A stretch of DNA of 64,000 nucleotides, taken from the NCBI GenBank assembly GCA_040380025.1, contig JBEIJY010000004.1, positions 32,001 through 96,000 on the forward strand, in the 5' to 3' direction. Shown one piece after another: positions 7,868-18,205 of this stretch. Every line of letters begins with the position of its first letter. Within the stretch, counting starts at the first letter, position 1. Position numbers and translations under genes: made by a program. The stretch comes from Bdellovibrionales bacterium (GTDB taxonomy: Bacteria; Bdellovibrionota; UBA1018; CAIMNF01). The notes below the pieces were generated by a model that worked only from the letters and a program-made list of their open reading frames with translations, did not search any database and had not been told where the DNA came from.

Positions 7868-8302
7868 TCAGCTCACCGTGAACTGAAACGACTTCTCGGT
7901 CTTGACCGAGTTCAGGATCATACAAGATTGGCTGGTTTTTTCGAGAAGATGCCGCGCACGCTCGGAATCGCTCGCGCCCGAAAGCGCGACCTCAAGATGA
8001 ACCGCTTTCATCCAGGGCGCACCCGACTCGTTGCGATCGACCGTAAGCACCGCATTCACCTGGAGCGCCTCAAAGCTGATTTTTGATTTCTCGGCAAACA
8101 CCTTGAAGGTGGCAACGAAACAATTGGCTAGAGCCGCGGCATACAGATCCTCGGGCGAGTAGCCGCCTCCCGGTCCCGCGAACTCGGGGGGAATCGACAT
8201 CGGAATCGCCGAATCCATCGAAGGCGCACGGGTCTCCCAGTTCGCGGCAATCCCCGCGCGGGTTTCGGCACTCACCGGAAAGCTCATCGGGTAACGGATC
8301 AT
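7868..8302 (-). CDS. OsmC/Ohr family protein
   Basis: PPEFAGPGGGYSPEDL..AALANC...C.I.NS two-Cys pattern. Confidence 0.9.
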   Translation of the reverse strand: MIRYPMSFPVSAETRAGIAANWETRAPSMDSAIPMSIPPEFAGPGGGYSPEDLYAAALANCFVATFKVFAEKSKISFEALQVNAVLTVDRNESGAPWMKAVHLEVALSGASDSERARHLLEKTSQSCMILNSVKTEKSFQFTVS

Positions 8303-8305
8303 GGT

Positions 8306-8854
8306 TCAGTCCTCTTCTTTTTCGTGGTGTTCGGAATCATTCGGTTTGGAGCCAGAATGGCAGGAATCGCCGCCATCGCCACTGCCGCCGCAACCGCAAC
8401 CCGAGAAATCACTGCTGATTTCGGGGTGACGGATCTTCCCGCCCAAGTGCGCGGCATATCCGAGCGCGCCCGCGTTCCCGAGCAGGACCACGAACAGCAC
8501 CGCGGGGAACATCCGGTTCAGGCGGGAGTCGGGTTTTTTCATCGAAAGAAAACACCCCATTGCGGCAAGAAGACCGCTGATCACCGAAATCACGGTGGCC
8601 ACCTCGGCCGCTTCTTCGTGGGGATGAATCAACGACTCGGCGATGCAGGGAATGTTCTCGACCAACTCTTCGGCGGGCTCGCCCGAGAAAAACGCGAAGA
8701 GCGCAAACACGGCTGAGATCATGGTCACAAGGCGCGCTGCAACGGCAACCCCGTCGTTCTTTAAAATCCGCGAGGCGAGCAACAAAAAAAGCGCAATCGG
8801 AATTCCCACCACCGGAGCGTGGTTTACGATCAAATGAAATTGAACCCAGTTCAT
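8306..8854 (-). CDS. Four-TM membrane protein (DUF2231-like) with Cys/His/acidic tail
   Basis: HLIVNHAP, HEEAA and AHLGGKIRHPE motifs; four hydrophobic segments; RBS AGGAG. Confidence 0.7.
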   Translation of the reverse strand: MNWVQFHLIVNHAPVVGIPIALFLLLASRILKNDGVAVAARLVTMISAVFALFAFFSGEPAEELVENIPCIAESLIHPHEEAAEVATVISVISGLLAAMGCFLSMKKPDSRLNRMFPAVLFVVLLGNAGALGYAAHLGGKIRHPEISSDFSGCGCGGSGDGGDSCHSGSKPNDSEHHEKEED

Positions 8855-9007
8855 TTTTAGGACTCCTTCTCCTGCGTTCGACCGTACCACAGGACGCTCC
8901 GAATTGCCCCCAGAAGAGACATTTTGGGCATGGGACTCCCTCGGCCTCTGGCACCGGCGAGCTGGTGCCTCGTGAGGGTGGCGCGGTCCGTGCTTCTGAT
9001 TTTTGGT

Positions 9008-9760
9008 ATGCCTCTGAACGGCATGCCTCGCGAGGCGGACCTTCAAACCAAACCGAACGTGCCGGTCTTTCATGCGAAATGCCTGACAAAGACGTATTTC
9101 ATGGGCGAGGTCGGGGTGCAGGCCCTGCGCGGGGTGGATCTTGAGCTTTTCGAGGGCGAATTCGTGGTGTTTCTTGGTCCGTCAGGAAGCGGCAAGTCCA
9201 CGCTCCTGAACATTTTGGGCGGGCTCGATACCGCAACTTCGGGCGAGGTGTTCTATCGCGAACACAATTTGGTGCGGGCGGACTCGCGTGCTCTTACCGA
9301 CTTCAGGCGGGAACATGTGGGGTTCGTGTTCCAGTTTTACAACTTGATTCCGAGCCTGACCGCCGAAGAAAACGTGCGGCTCGTGACCGAAATCGCAAGC
9401 AAACCGATGGATCCGCTTGAGGCTCTTGCCCTGGTCGACCTTGCCGACCTGAAAGATCGCTTTCCCTCCCAGCTTTCGGGGGGCGAACAGCAGCGGGTCG
9501 CGATCGCTCGCGCCATCGCGAAACGCCCCGATATTCTTTTGTGCGACGAACCGACGGGCGCCCTCGACGAGGCGACCGGAAAAAAAGTGCTCGAAGCCAT
9601 ACGAAGGGTGAATGAGGAACTCGGAACTCTTGCCGCAGTGATTACCCACAATGCCTCGATTGCGGGAATGGCCGATCGGGTCGTGCATCTTTCGAACGGT
9701 AGAATCAGCAAGATGGTCACGAATGCCTCTCGCGTGGATCTTCGGGAGATTCACTGGTGA
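9008..9760 (+). CDS. ABC transporter ATP-binding protein (MacB/LolD-like)
   Basis: [16 protein letters not shown] and [10 protein letters not shown] motifs; start uncertain. Confidence 0.92.
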   Translation: MPLNGMPREADLQTKPNVPVFHAKCLTKTYFMGEVGVQALRGVDLELFEGEFVVFLGPSGSGKSTLLNILGGLDTATSGEVFYREHNLVRADSRALTDFRREHVGFVFQFYNLIPSLTAEENVRLVTEIASKPMDPLEALALVDLADLKDRFPSQLSGGEQQRVAIARAIAKRPDILLCDEPTGALDEATGKKVLEAIRRVNEELGTLAAVITHNASIAGMADRVVHLSNGRISKMVTNASRVDLREIHW

Positions 9761-12174
9761 TGCAAACCCTGAATCGCAAACTATTCCGGAACCTGAAGAA
9801 GCTGAAGGCACAGACCATCACCACGGCGATCTTGATCGCGTGCGGGGTGGGCATGCTGATCGCCACCTCGAGCGCACACGAGGCCCTGAAGGACTCCCGC
9901 GATCGGTTCTACCGCGACTACCAATTCGCTCATCTTTTCGGAGACCTGAAGCGAGCACCGCTCTTTGTCGCCGATCGGATCTCGACGATCCCCGGGGTCG
10001 AGGCGGTCGATGCGGGGATCTCGATCGACGGGCTCATTCACCTCGAAATGAAGGGCAAAGGTCCCGCTCCCGAGCCTGCGGTGGGACGCTTTACCTCCTT
10101 GCCCGAGGCGGGGTCCGCCGGACTGAATCGGCTGTACCTCAGAACCGGGCGCCTCCCGCACGAATCGATCACCCCCGAAGTGGTACTCCATGAGGGCTTT
10201 GCGAGCGCGAATGAACTGCATCCCGGAGACCGGTTCGGAATCTTGATTCAAGGGCGTGAAGAGCGGGTTCAGGTGGTGGGAATCGCAATCTCTCCGGACA
10301 CCGTGTACGCGCTCAGCTCCTCGGCACCCCTGCCCGATGACCGGCATTTTGGAATCGGATGGATGGCACGCGCGGACCTCGAACGCCTGACCGACATGGC
10401 CGGATCATTCAATCATCTGAGCGTGTTGATTTCTCCCGCACTCGAAGGCCAAAAAGGCAAGGATTCACCGATCAGGACGATCAAAACCGTGAAGACCACG
10501 ATCGATGACATCCTGAAACCGTACGGAAGCCCCGGAGTGATCGACCGGAGTCTGCAGTCCTCGGACCGGTTTGTCGAAAACGAGATCGAAGAGCAACGGG
10601 TGATGGCGCTCATCATTCCCTCGATCTTTCTCGCCATTGCGGCGTTTTTGATTCAGATCATCAGCTCCCGGCTGATTCATCTTGAGCGACCCGAGATCGC
10701 GACCCTGAAGGCGCTCGGCTACCCCGACCGGACCGTGACCCTGCACTACCTGAAGCTGATCCTGATGATGATGGTCACGATCGGAATCGTTCCCGGAATC
10801 GCCCTCGGAGGCGGAATCGGGAAGCTCCTCTCGATGAGCTACGAGCGATTTTTTCGGTTTCCCTCGATCGACTTCAGCATTCACCCGAACTCGGCCCTGA
10901 TCGGAATCCTCGCGGGAATCCTTCCTGGTCTGGTGGGATCGGCGCTCGGGCTCACGGGCATTTTTCGGCTTCGGCCCGCCGAGGCGCTCAAGCCACCCGT
11001 GCCCCCGTCGTTTCATTTTTTGATTTTCGAGCGAGATGGAATTCTTCGAAAAATTCCGGTTCGAGCAAGGATGATCCTTCGGAATCTCTTTGCGCGGCCC
11101 TTCCGGCTTATCCTCTCGATTCTGGGAATCTCGACCAGCCTGATGGTGATGATCATGGTGTTTTCGTGGAACGACATGCTCGATTATTTGCTTGTAACCG
11201 AATTCGAGCGGATCGAGCGCGGGGATCTCACGCTTGGGCTCATCAAACCAGCGCCGCTTGCGGTGCTTTCGGATTTACGAACGCTTCCCGGGGTGCTCGA
11301 TGTCGAGGGCTATCGGAGCGTACCGGTACGACTGAAGCATGGGCAGTTTTCGCGCGAGATCGCGCTTACTGGCTGGCCCGAGGGAGCGAAGCTCGCGCAG
11401 ATTCTCGATCGCGAGGGCAGGGCGGTGCGTGTGCCCCGCGAGGGCTTGCTCTTGAGCCGGTATTTTGAATGGAAATGGGGCCTGAAGCCCGGGGACCCGG
11501 TGCGCGCAGAGCTTTTGGAAAACCCCGAGCGGTCACTCTCGCTTCGGGTGGCAGGATTTTCGGATGATCTGATCGGAATCAGTGCCAACCTGAGAAGCAC
11601 GGAGCTGAGCCGGGCCATGGACGAGGAGCCCGCGTATAACCAGATCCGGCTCAAGATCGACCCGAAACAGGCGATTCCTCTTTTCGTGAAGCTGAAAGAA
11701 ATCCCGCTCATTCAATCGGTGGTCAAGCGAAGCGCGCTCTATCGGGGGTTTCAAGAATCGATGGGGGCGCTCATTGCCACTTCGACCGGAATATTGACCG
11801 CATTCGCACTCGCGATCGCGCTCGGCGTGATCGACAACTCGGTGCGAGTGAGCTTCTCGGAGCGCTCCTGGGAGCTTGCGAGCCTTCGGGTGTTGGGATT
11901 CCAAGAAAAAGACGCGTTCCGGCTTCTTCTCGGAGAGAACGCGTTTCAGACCCTGCTTGCGATTCCGATCGGATGCCTGATCGGCTACGCCCTGACCGGG
12001 CTTACGATCGAGAGCATTCATGCCGAGGAGTATGATTTTCCGGTGGTGATGGAACTGAAGACCCCCGTGCTTGCGATCGCCATTGTCGTGGCCGCCTTCG
12101 GAGCAAGCTTGCTGTCGCTGTATCGGCTCTCGAAGCGGATTCCGCTCATTTCGGCACTGAAGGCGAGGGAGTGA
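9757..12174 (+). CDS. ABC transporter permease (double FtsX/MacB-type)
   Basis: Two periplasmic plus TM modules; [13 protein letters not shown] and [14 protein letters not shown] motifs. Confidence 0.9.
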   Translation: MMQTLNRKLFRNLKKLKAQTITTAILIACGVGMLIATSSAHEALKDSRDRFYRDYQFAHLFGDLKRAPLFVADRISTIPGVEAVDAGISIDGLIHLEMKGKGPAPEPAVGRFTSLPEAGSAGLNRLYLRTGRLPHESITPEVVLHEGFASANELHPGDRFGILIQGREERVQVVGIAISPDTVYALSSSAPLPDDRHFGIGWMARADLERLTDMAGSFNHLSVLISPALEGQKGKDSPIRTIKTVKTTIDDILKPYGSPGVIDRSLQSSDRFVENEIEEQRVMALIIPSIFLAIAAFLIQIISSRLIHLERPEIATLKALGYPDRTVTLHYLKLILMMMVTIGIVPGIALGGGIGKLLSMSYERFFRFPSIDFSIHPNSALIGILAGILPGLVGSALGLTGIFRLRPAEALKPPVPPSFHFLIFERDGILRKIPVRARMILRNLFARPFRLILSILGISTSLMVMIMVFSWNDMLDYLLVTEFERIERGDLTLGLIKPAPLAVLSDLRTLPGVLDVEGYRSVPVRLKHGQFSREIALTGWPEGAKLAQILDREGRAVRVPREGLLLSRYFEWKWGLKPGDPVRAELLENPERSLSLRVAGFSDDLIGISANLRSTELSRAMDEEPAYNQIRLKIDPKQAIPLFVKLKEIPLIQSVVKRSALYRGFQESMGALIATSTGILTAFALAIALGVIDNSVRVSFSERSWELASLRVLGFQEKDAFRLLLGENAFQTLLAIPIGCLIGYALTGLTIESIHAEEYDFPVVMELKTPVLAIAIVVAAFGASLLSLYRLSKRIPLISALKARE

Positions 12175-12178
12175 GTTC

Positions 12179-13081
12179 ATGAAAAATGCGGCTCCATTTT
12201 GGCGACGATTCGGCGGCTGGGGGATTCTCGGTATGGCCGTGGCCGCGATGATTTTGCTTCTTTTGCGAAATCCGCCGATCGAGGTCGATGGAGCCTCGGT
12301 CGAACGAAAGGAATTCATCGAGACCCTGATCAGTGACGGAATCCTGCGCTCGAAAACGCGCATCACCGTCACCGCCTTTGCCATGGGCGAACTCGGCCGC
12401 ATGCCCTACCGGGTCGGCGATGAGCTAAAAAAAGGCGCCGTGATCGCCGAGCTTTTGTGGGATGTGAAACCCGAGCCGGTCCGGGCTCCGATCGCGGGCG
12501 TGATCTCGAAGGTCTACCGCGAGAGCGCCGGGCCCATTCTTCGCGGAGAACCCATCGTGGAAATGGTCGATCCGCGCCACTTGGAGGGAATCGCAGAAGT
12601 GCTCACCATTCATGCGAGCCTTGTCCGGCCCGGGAATCCTGCCTTCATTACGATTCCCGGAATGCCGGAGCCCATTCGAGCAAGGGTGATCCGGATCAGC
12701 AAAGCGGGCTTTGTGAAGATCTCCGCCCTCGGGGTCGAAGAGGAGCGCACCGAGGTGACGCTCGCACTCGAGCACCCGGCGCGTGAGCTCGTGCAACACC
12801 TCGGGAGCACCTACCATGTCGAGGTCGCAATCGAAACGCGCCGCACGCCGAATGCCGTGCTTGTGCCAACGGGAGCATTGATTCGGGATGGATCGGACTG
12901 GGCGGTGTATCGGGTAAAGGAGGGACGGGCGAGGAAAGAGCGGGTCGAGATCGCGGGGACCTCGGGAGGCTCGGCAAAACTTGCCGGGGACGCACAAATT
13001 AAGCCGGGCGACCGGGTGATCGTCTACCCCGGGGATTTGGTCAAAGACGGGATTCGGGTGAAGGAGCGAGACTCGAGGTAG
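12179..13081 (+). CDS. Efflux periplasmic adaptor (HlyD/MFP family), apparently lacking the alpha-hairpin
   Basis: N-terminal anchor; VRAPIAGVI, SALGVEEER and VPTGAL motifs. Confidence 0.85.
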   Translation: MKNAAPFWRRFGGWGILGMAVAAMILLLLRNPPIEVDGASVERKEFIETLISDGILRSKTRITVTAFAMGELGRMPYRVGDELKKGAVIAELLWDVKPEPVRAPIAGVISKVYRESAGPILRGEPIVEMVDPRHLEGIAEVLTIHASLVRPGNPAFITIPGMPEPIRARVIRISKAGFVKISALGVEEERTEVTLALEHPARELVQHLGSTYHVEVAIETRRTPNAVLVPTGALIRDGSDWAVYRVKEGRARKERVEIAGTSGGSAKLAGDAQIKPGDRVIVYPGDLVKDGIRVKERDSR

Positions 13082-13191
13082 GATGGCGAAAGCGAGGCCG
13101 GAGGAACCGGCTCGGAGGTAAAAATAAAATCATCCCCCCCCCCTTTAGGCCCGCCCGTACGGCGCAAAAGCACAATCAAAGGGAGCAGTTT

Positions 13192-13983
13192 TTAGGATGC
13201 CTCGATTTTTCGCGCGGGAATTCCGCCCCAGGTTTCGCCCGCCGGGACCACCGTCTTTGGCATCACCACCGAGCCCGGCAAGATCCTGGCGCCCTCCCCG
13301 ATCTCGACTCCCCCAAGAATCTTCGCATGAAGCCCGAGATTCGCGCCCTTCCGGATCACCACCGGCGAGACGATCAGAAACCCGCTCATCGCATAGTGTG
13401 CGATGATCACGACCGATCCGCCGACCGTCACCCGATCCTCGATGGTGATCATCAGCGGGTCCGAGAGGTTGCTCGAGTTGATGTGCACATCGCGTCCGAT
13501 CTTCATGCCCATCCGGCGGTAAAAAAACAGATTGAACGGAGTGGGCGTGATGAATTCCAGAAACGTGTAGCGCACAAGATAGGTGAGCGCATTGTGGATG
13601 TACCAGGCAAGAAACCGCGTGGAATAATTCTGGCCCCGCGCGGGCTTCACGAAGGGCCGCACAAAAAGATTGATGACGGGAACCAGTAGAATGAGCGTGA
13701 ATCCGTACACAAAGAATCCGCCCCCGAGACCCAGGCCTTTCATGAGCCATCGGGCGACACCGTCCAGGGTTTCGACGTGCGCGGAACAAAGCTCGAACAG
13801 GTACACCGCCGGAGCGAGGGCACCGGCCAGAATGAGGGCGGCCAGGAGATAAATGGGCAAAAGAGTGAGCGCATACACCAGGCTTTTGTGGCGACGGAGC
13901 ATGCGTTCGTAGACTCCGACGAGACCCTTCTGGCCCTCTTCTTTGATGTCGAACTTCCAAGGCTCGGGCTTCTTCTGGTCCAT
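13192..13983 (-). CDS. Membrane-anchored hexapeptide-repeat acyltransferase
   Basis: Two TM segments followed by left-handed beta-helix repeats (MGMKIGRDVHI...WGGIPA). Confidence 0.8.
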   Translation of the reverse strand: MDQKKPEPWKFDIKEEGQKGLVGVYERMLRRHKSLVYALTLLPIYLLAALILAGALAPAVYLFELCSAHVETLDGVARWLMKGLGLGGGFFVYGFTLILLVPVINLFVRPFVKPARGQNYSTRFLAWYIHNALTYLVRYTFLEFITPTPFNLFFYRRMGMKIGRDVHINSSNLSDPLMITIEDRVTVGGSVVIIAHYAMSGFLIVSPVVIRKGANLGLHAKILGGVEIGEGARILPGSVVMPKTVVPAGETWGGIPARKIEAS

Positions 13984-14098
13984 TTCTTAAGGATACTGGG
14001 TTCATGGGAGCGGGTCAAACGACGAGCACCCGGAGTGCCGATTCGGGTTGCCTACTGACTGTTCTCGACTCTAAACTGGACACAAGAGGCTTCGTTTC

Positions 14099-15385
14099 AT
14101 GTCTGATCCGCATTTTCGTGTGACTCGACGAATTCAGGAAATTCACTCCGTGCTCGCCTCGGTGGAGCCCTACTCCGAGCTCGTTCTTTGGATCAACCCG
14201 AAGGACACCCGCGTGGTGTTTCGCGCCAATGTGATCCAGATCGATGAACTGCGCGAGCTCGTGGTGCTGAACCTGAAGGATGCGCCCGCCGGGCTTGCGG
14301 CGGAACGGAATGTGTATCTGAAATTCGCCGCCACCTCGGGCGTGAGCAAGTGCCGGGTGATCTCGGTGCAGGGATCGTTGCTGACCCTGAAGCTCTCGGA
14401 CGAGATGATCGTGATCGAACGCCGGCGGAACCGGCGCATCCAGTTTCGAAAAGACGATGCGAAGAAGCTTGTCCTTCGGGCCAATTCGGGAGACATCGAA
14501 TTCACCGTCCTGAATGCCTCCGAACGGGGGTTTCGGCTTAGGGCGAGCCCGGCACAGGTCATCGAGGCGCGGGATGCGAGGCCCCTGCGCATGGTTTCGC
14601 TCGGCCCGTCACCGATCGGCATGGATTGCCGCCTCGTCTGGAACGATGCCGACACCCTTGCCATTGAGCTCTCGCGGGAGCTGACGCGCGAGGAATTCGA
14701 GTTCTTCATCGAGAATCCGCGCCGTGCAGGAGTCGAGCCCGAGAAGTTCTTTAGTGACCAAGAGTACTTCGAGACCGTCCGGAGCAACATGGACGACCTG
14801 ATCCGGAAACTCGAGAAGCGTCCGAAGCTCGCGACTGCCATGAAGACCCTGCAAGTCGACCGCGAGGGGAATTACATCAAGACCCATGTCGATCTTCTTT
14901 GCTATGTCTCGTGCTCGATCGGGCGGATGCTCGGGTGGGTCACCCAAAAAACAATCGACAAGCTGATTCTTGCGGCCTATCTGCATGACATCCGGTACTT
15001 CGAGAACCATAAACTCGCACGCATCCGCTCGCTTGCCGAATTCGAAGAGAAAAAATCTACCCTCACTGAAGAAGAGCAAAAGATCTTCCTCGAGGGCCCC
15101 TCTTACAGCGCTCGCATGGCACGGGACGAGGCGACCGACTCGCTCGATGTCGAGCGGATTCTGATTCAGCAAAAGGAGCGGCCGGACGGCACGGGATTCC
15201 CCGAAGGCGTGGACTTCAAACAGCTCTTCCCCCTCTCCTGCCTGTTCATGGTGAGCCACGAGTTCGTGGACTATGTGTATTCGACCCCGAACTGGAGTTT
15301 TCGGGATTTCACAGTAAAAGCCCGCACCGTTTACAAGGGGCCGTACTTCATCAAGATTCTCGAAGTCTTTGACCAATTGAGCTGA
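14099..15385 (+). CDS. PilZ domain plus degenerate HD-GYP domain protein
   Basis: RRNRR and NASERG (PilZ motifs), AAYLHDI, and QQKERPDGTGFP in place of HHERxDGxGYP. Confidence 0.72.
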   Translation: MSDPHFRVTRRIQEIHSVLASVEPYSELVLWINPKDTRVVFRANVIQIDELRELVVLNLKDAPAGLAAERNVYLKFAATSGVSKCRVISVQGSLLTLKLSDEMIVIERRRNRRIQFRKDDAKKLVLRANSGDIEFTVLNASERGFRLRASPAQVIEARDARPLRMVSLGPSPIGMDCRLVWNDADTLAIELSRELTREEFEFFIENPRRAGVEPEKFFSDQEYFETVRSNMDDLIRKLEKRPKLATAMKTLQVDREGNYIKTHVDLLCYVSCSIGRMLGWVTQKTIDKLILAAYLHDIRYFENHKLARIRSLAEFEEKKSTLTEEEQKIFLEGPSYSARMARDEATDSLDVERILIQQKERPDGTGFPEGVDFKQLFPLSCLFMVSHEFVDYVYSTPNWSFRDFTVKARTVYKGPYFIKILEVFDQLS

Positions 15386-15404
15386 TCGGGACTACCTTGA
15401 GGGC

Positions 15405-16130
15405 ATGGAAACCGCGCTCCGTTACCGCAAAGGACTGATCCTGATTCCCACCCCGATCGCAGAGGACCTGCCCTTGGAGCCGGTGGCGCTCGCCCTTTTA
15501 CAAGAGGTCGCGACCGATCCCATGGCGCTCATTCTGGTCGAAGAGCGGAAGGTCGCGCGCACCCGCTGGCTTCGCTGGGGACTGCCGCGCGAGTCGATTG
15601 CATCGTTTGTGGAGTTCAATGAGCACACGGCAGAAGAGTCGAACGAAGTGGTGCTTTCGGCCCTTCGTTCCGGAAAGCGCGCGGTGCTCATGAGTGACGG
15701 AGGACTTCCGGCATTTTGCGACCCGGGAACCGGGCTCGTGGGCCTATGCCATGAGCGGGGAATCCCTGTGACGGCGACGCCCTTTTCGAATTCGATCGGA
15801 CTCGCCCTTGCTCTCTCGGGATTCGACCACCGGGAGTTTCATTTTTCGGGGTTTTTGCCGGCCGAAGCGGGCGCAAGAAAAGAGGCGCTGAATGCGATCG
15901 CAAGAACGCTCCGGTGCACGGTGATCCTGATGGACACGCCCTACCGGCTTCAGGCGCTATTGAAGGACCTCTCGGCCTCTCCGCTGAAATCCCGCCGTGT
16001 GTTCCTCGCCACTTCGTTGAACACCCCCGAAGAGGCGCTGTTTCGCGGAAGCATCGCGCAGGTGCTAGGGCAGCTCGGAGACCGAAACAAGCTCGAGTTC
16101 ATTTTGATTGTGTCAAACGGCGGCTCTTGA
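15405..16130 (+). CDS. RsmI-like tetrapyrrole/16S rRNA methyltransferase
   Basis: LIPTPI, LMSDGGLPAFCDPG, F.GFLP and DTPYR motifs. Confidence 0.85.
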   Translation: METALRYRKGLILIPTPIAEDLPLEPVALALLQEVATDPMALILVEERKVARTRWLRWGLPRESIASFVEFNEHTAEESNEVVLSALRSGKRAVLMSDGGLPAFCDPGTGLVGLCHERGIPVTATPFSNSIGLALALSGFDHREFHFSGFLPAEAGARKEALNAIARTLRCTVILMDTPYRLQALLKDLSASPLKSRRVFLATSLNTPEEALFRGSIAQVLGQLGDRNKLEFILIVSNGGS

Positions 16131-16135
16131 TGCCC

Positions 16136-18133
16136 TCATCGAAACTGCGGATGCCGCCGTACGCGTTCTTCGAAGTGCTCGCGATCGGCACTGTCGAGCC
16201 CCGTGGGAGCCTTCGCCCCGCTCCGCTCCCAGCGCGCAAGCCACTCCGCTCCGAGCAGGCTTTTTTGATGGTGCGGATCGGGCTCCTTGCGAAATGCCAC
16301 GGTCGTTTCGGACTTCGGCCCCGTTGCGGCTCCCGCTCCGACATAAAAGCCTTCTGAGAGCAAAATCGCCCGCACCAGGGTCGAAACCGAATAGGTCATG
16401 AGCATGGCGGGCTTTTGGTCGAGCGCGCGATACAGCATGGCGAATGCCTCGCGGGTCCATAAGGGGGAATCCACCTTGGTCGAGAATGGATCATAAAAAA
16501 TGAGATCTGGTTTTTCGGCGTCACGATGGCACTCCAAAAAATCGCCCTCGAACAGCCGCCATGACAGACCCCCGGCAGGGCTCTGCCATGATCCTGATTC
16601 CAGAAGCGCATGAGGTGCCGCATGACGAAGGTGTCGAAACCCGTGCGTGTGCCGGAGCGCAAGACGGAGCGGATCGAGATCGATCTCGAAGCTCTCGATT
16701 CGGATCTTTTTCGGGGCCGCGAGGCCAGCGAACTCTTGGACGACCGCCATCGCATTCGAAGCGGCCCCGAGCCCCACATCCCAGATCACGACTTCGTCCT
16801 GCCCGCGCAGTCGCTCGTCGATTCGCGATGGAGCCAGATACACATTCCGCGCCTCTTCTTCGGGCGGATTCACCGAGTGCATGATCTCGCCCGAGCTCAC
16901 TTGCTTGATGCTGAAGAAGCCCTTGCCGGAGTCATGGACCTCGTAATCCCCGAGGCGCCGGCGTTTTTCGGAGCGCTTCGGTTTTTCGGGAATAAAGGGC
17001 GTCGAAGGATTCTCTTCGTCGCTTCGCACGAGTTCCTCACGCTTTTTTTCGTAATAGCCCAAAAACCGGTCTTCCAGGATGCTCTCGCGGATCTCGCGCA
17101 TGAGTCCGTGATAAAAATGCAAATTGTGGCGGGCGATGAGATGCCAGCCCAGAACCTCGTCCGATTTGACCAGATGATGAAGATACGCACGGGAGTAATG
17201 CGCGCAGGTATCGCAGGGGCATTTTGAATCGAGTGCGATGTCGGCGAACTTGTAGACACTCCGTCGCAGCTGGAACTTTCCGGCCGAGGTGAAGGCCACG
17301 CCTCGTTGTGCGAGCTGGGAGGGAAGAATGCAGTCGAACATGTCGACTCCGCGATGGACGGCTTCGAGAATGTCGATCGGCGTTCCGACTCCCATCAGGT
17401 AGCGGGGCAGATGCGACGGAAGCATGGCGGCGGCGATCCCGGTGAATCGCTCGCGCTCCTCTTTTGGTTCGCCGACGGCAAGGCCGCCGATCGCGAACCC
17501 GTCAAAGGGAAGCCCGGTCAAAAAGCGCGCGCTTTCCTCGCGGAGCTTCGGAAAGCATGCTCCCTGCACGATCGCGAACATCGACTGCGGCGAATCCCCG
17601 CGCGCCTGCAGGCTCCGGATCGCCCAGCGATGCGTGAGTTCCATCGCGGCGCGGGCCTCGTCAATTCCTGCGGTCGAGGGAATGCACTGATCGAGCACCA
17701 TCATGATGTCGCTTCCGATCGCTTTTTGGGTCTCGATGCTGAGCTCGGGCGAGAGAAGAATCATGCGCCCGTCGACATAGCTCTGAAACAAGGCCCCCTC
17801 TTCGTTCATCCGCCGCGAGTGCGGGAGCGAGAAAATCTGGAACCCTCCCGAGTCAGTCAGCACGGGCTGATCCCACTTCATGAAGGAATGGATCCCGCCG
17901 AATTTGCGAAACACCTCGGGGCCGGGCCTGAGGAGCAAATGGTAGGTGTTCGCCAAGAGCACCGAGGAGCCGGACTCCTTCAGGGTCTCGACTGTCTGGC
18001 TCTTCACGGTGGCTTGGGTTCCGACGGGCATGAAGACCGGGGTTTTTACTGTGCCATGAAGCGCGGTGAATGACCCCGCGCGGGCGTGCGAGCCGGTGGC
18101 GGTTTTTTCGAGCCTGAAATCAAGTCTGGACAT
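16136..18133 (-). CDS. tgt: tRNA-guanine transglycosylase fused to an MnmD/MnmC-type methyltransferase
   Basis: TPVFMPVGT, TDSGGFQ and CPCDTC..H zinc site; C-terminal DVGLGAASN and YDPFS.K....LW. Confidence 0.93.
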   Translation of the reverse strand: MSRLDFRLEKTATGSHARAGSFTALHGTVKTPVFMPVGTQATVKSQTVETLKESGSSVLLANTYHLLLRPGPEVFRKFGGIHSFMKWDQPVLTDSGGFQIFSLPHSRRMNEEGALFQSYVDGRMILLSPELSIETQKAIGSDIMMVLDQCIPSTAGIDEARAAMELTHRWAIRSLQARGDSPQSMFAIVQGACFPKLREESARFLTGLPFDGFAIGGLAVGEPKEERERFTGIAAAMLPSHLPRYLMGVGTPIDILEAVHRGVDMFDCILPSQLAQRGVAFTSAGKFQLRRSVYKFADIALDSKCPCDTCAHYSRAYLHHLVKSDEVLGWHLIARHNLHFYHGLMREIRESILEDRFLGYYEKKREELVRSDEENPSTPFIPEKPKRSEKRRRLGDYEVHDSGKGFFSIKQVSSGEIMHSVNPPEEEARNVYLAPSRIDERLRGQDEVVIWDVGLGAASNAMAVVQEFAGLAAPKKIRIESFEIDLDPLRLALRHTHGFRHLRHAAPHALLESGSWQSPAGGLSWRLFEGDFLECHRDAEKPDLIFYDPFSTKVDSPLWTREAFAMLYRALDQKPAMLMTYSVSTLVRAILLSEGFYVGAGAATGPKSETTVAFRKEPDPHHQKSLLGAEWLARWERSGAKAPTGLDSADREHFEERVRRHPQFR

Positions 18134-18205
18134 CGGCAGTACCTTACCCGAAAACCCGCGCCTGCGAAATCGAGAACGAGAGACGAAGTGCCCATCTGAG
18201 CCGAT

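Noticed and set aside
13134..13143. C10 homopolymer (also G9 at 3571-3579) as phase-variation tracts
   Set aside because: The C10 run lies between convergent gene ends and the G9 run is a hairpin arm; neither is in a CDS or promoter spacer.
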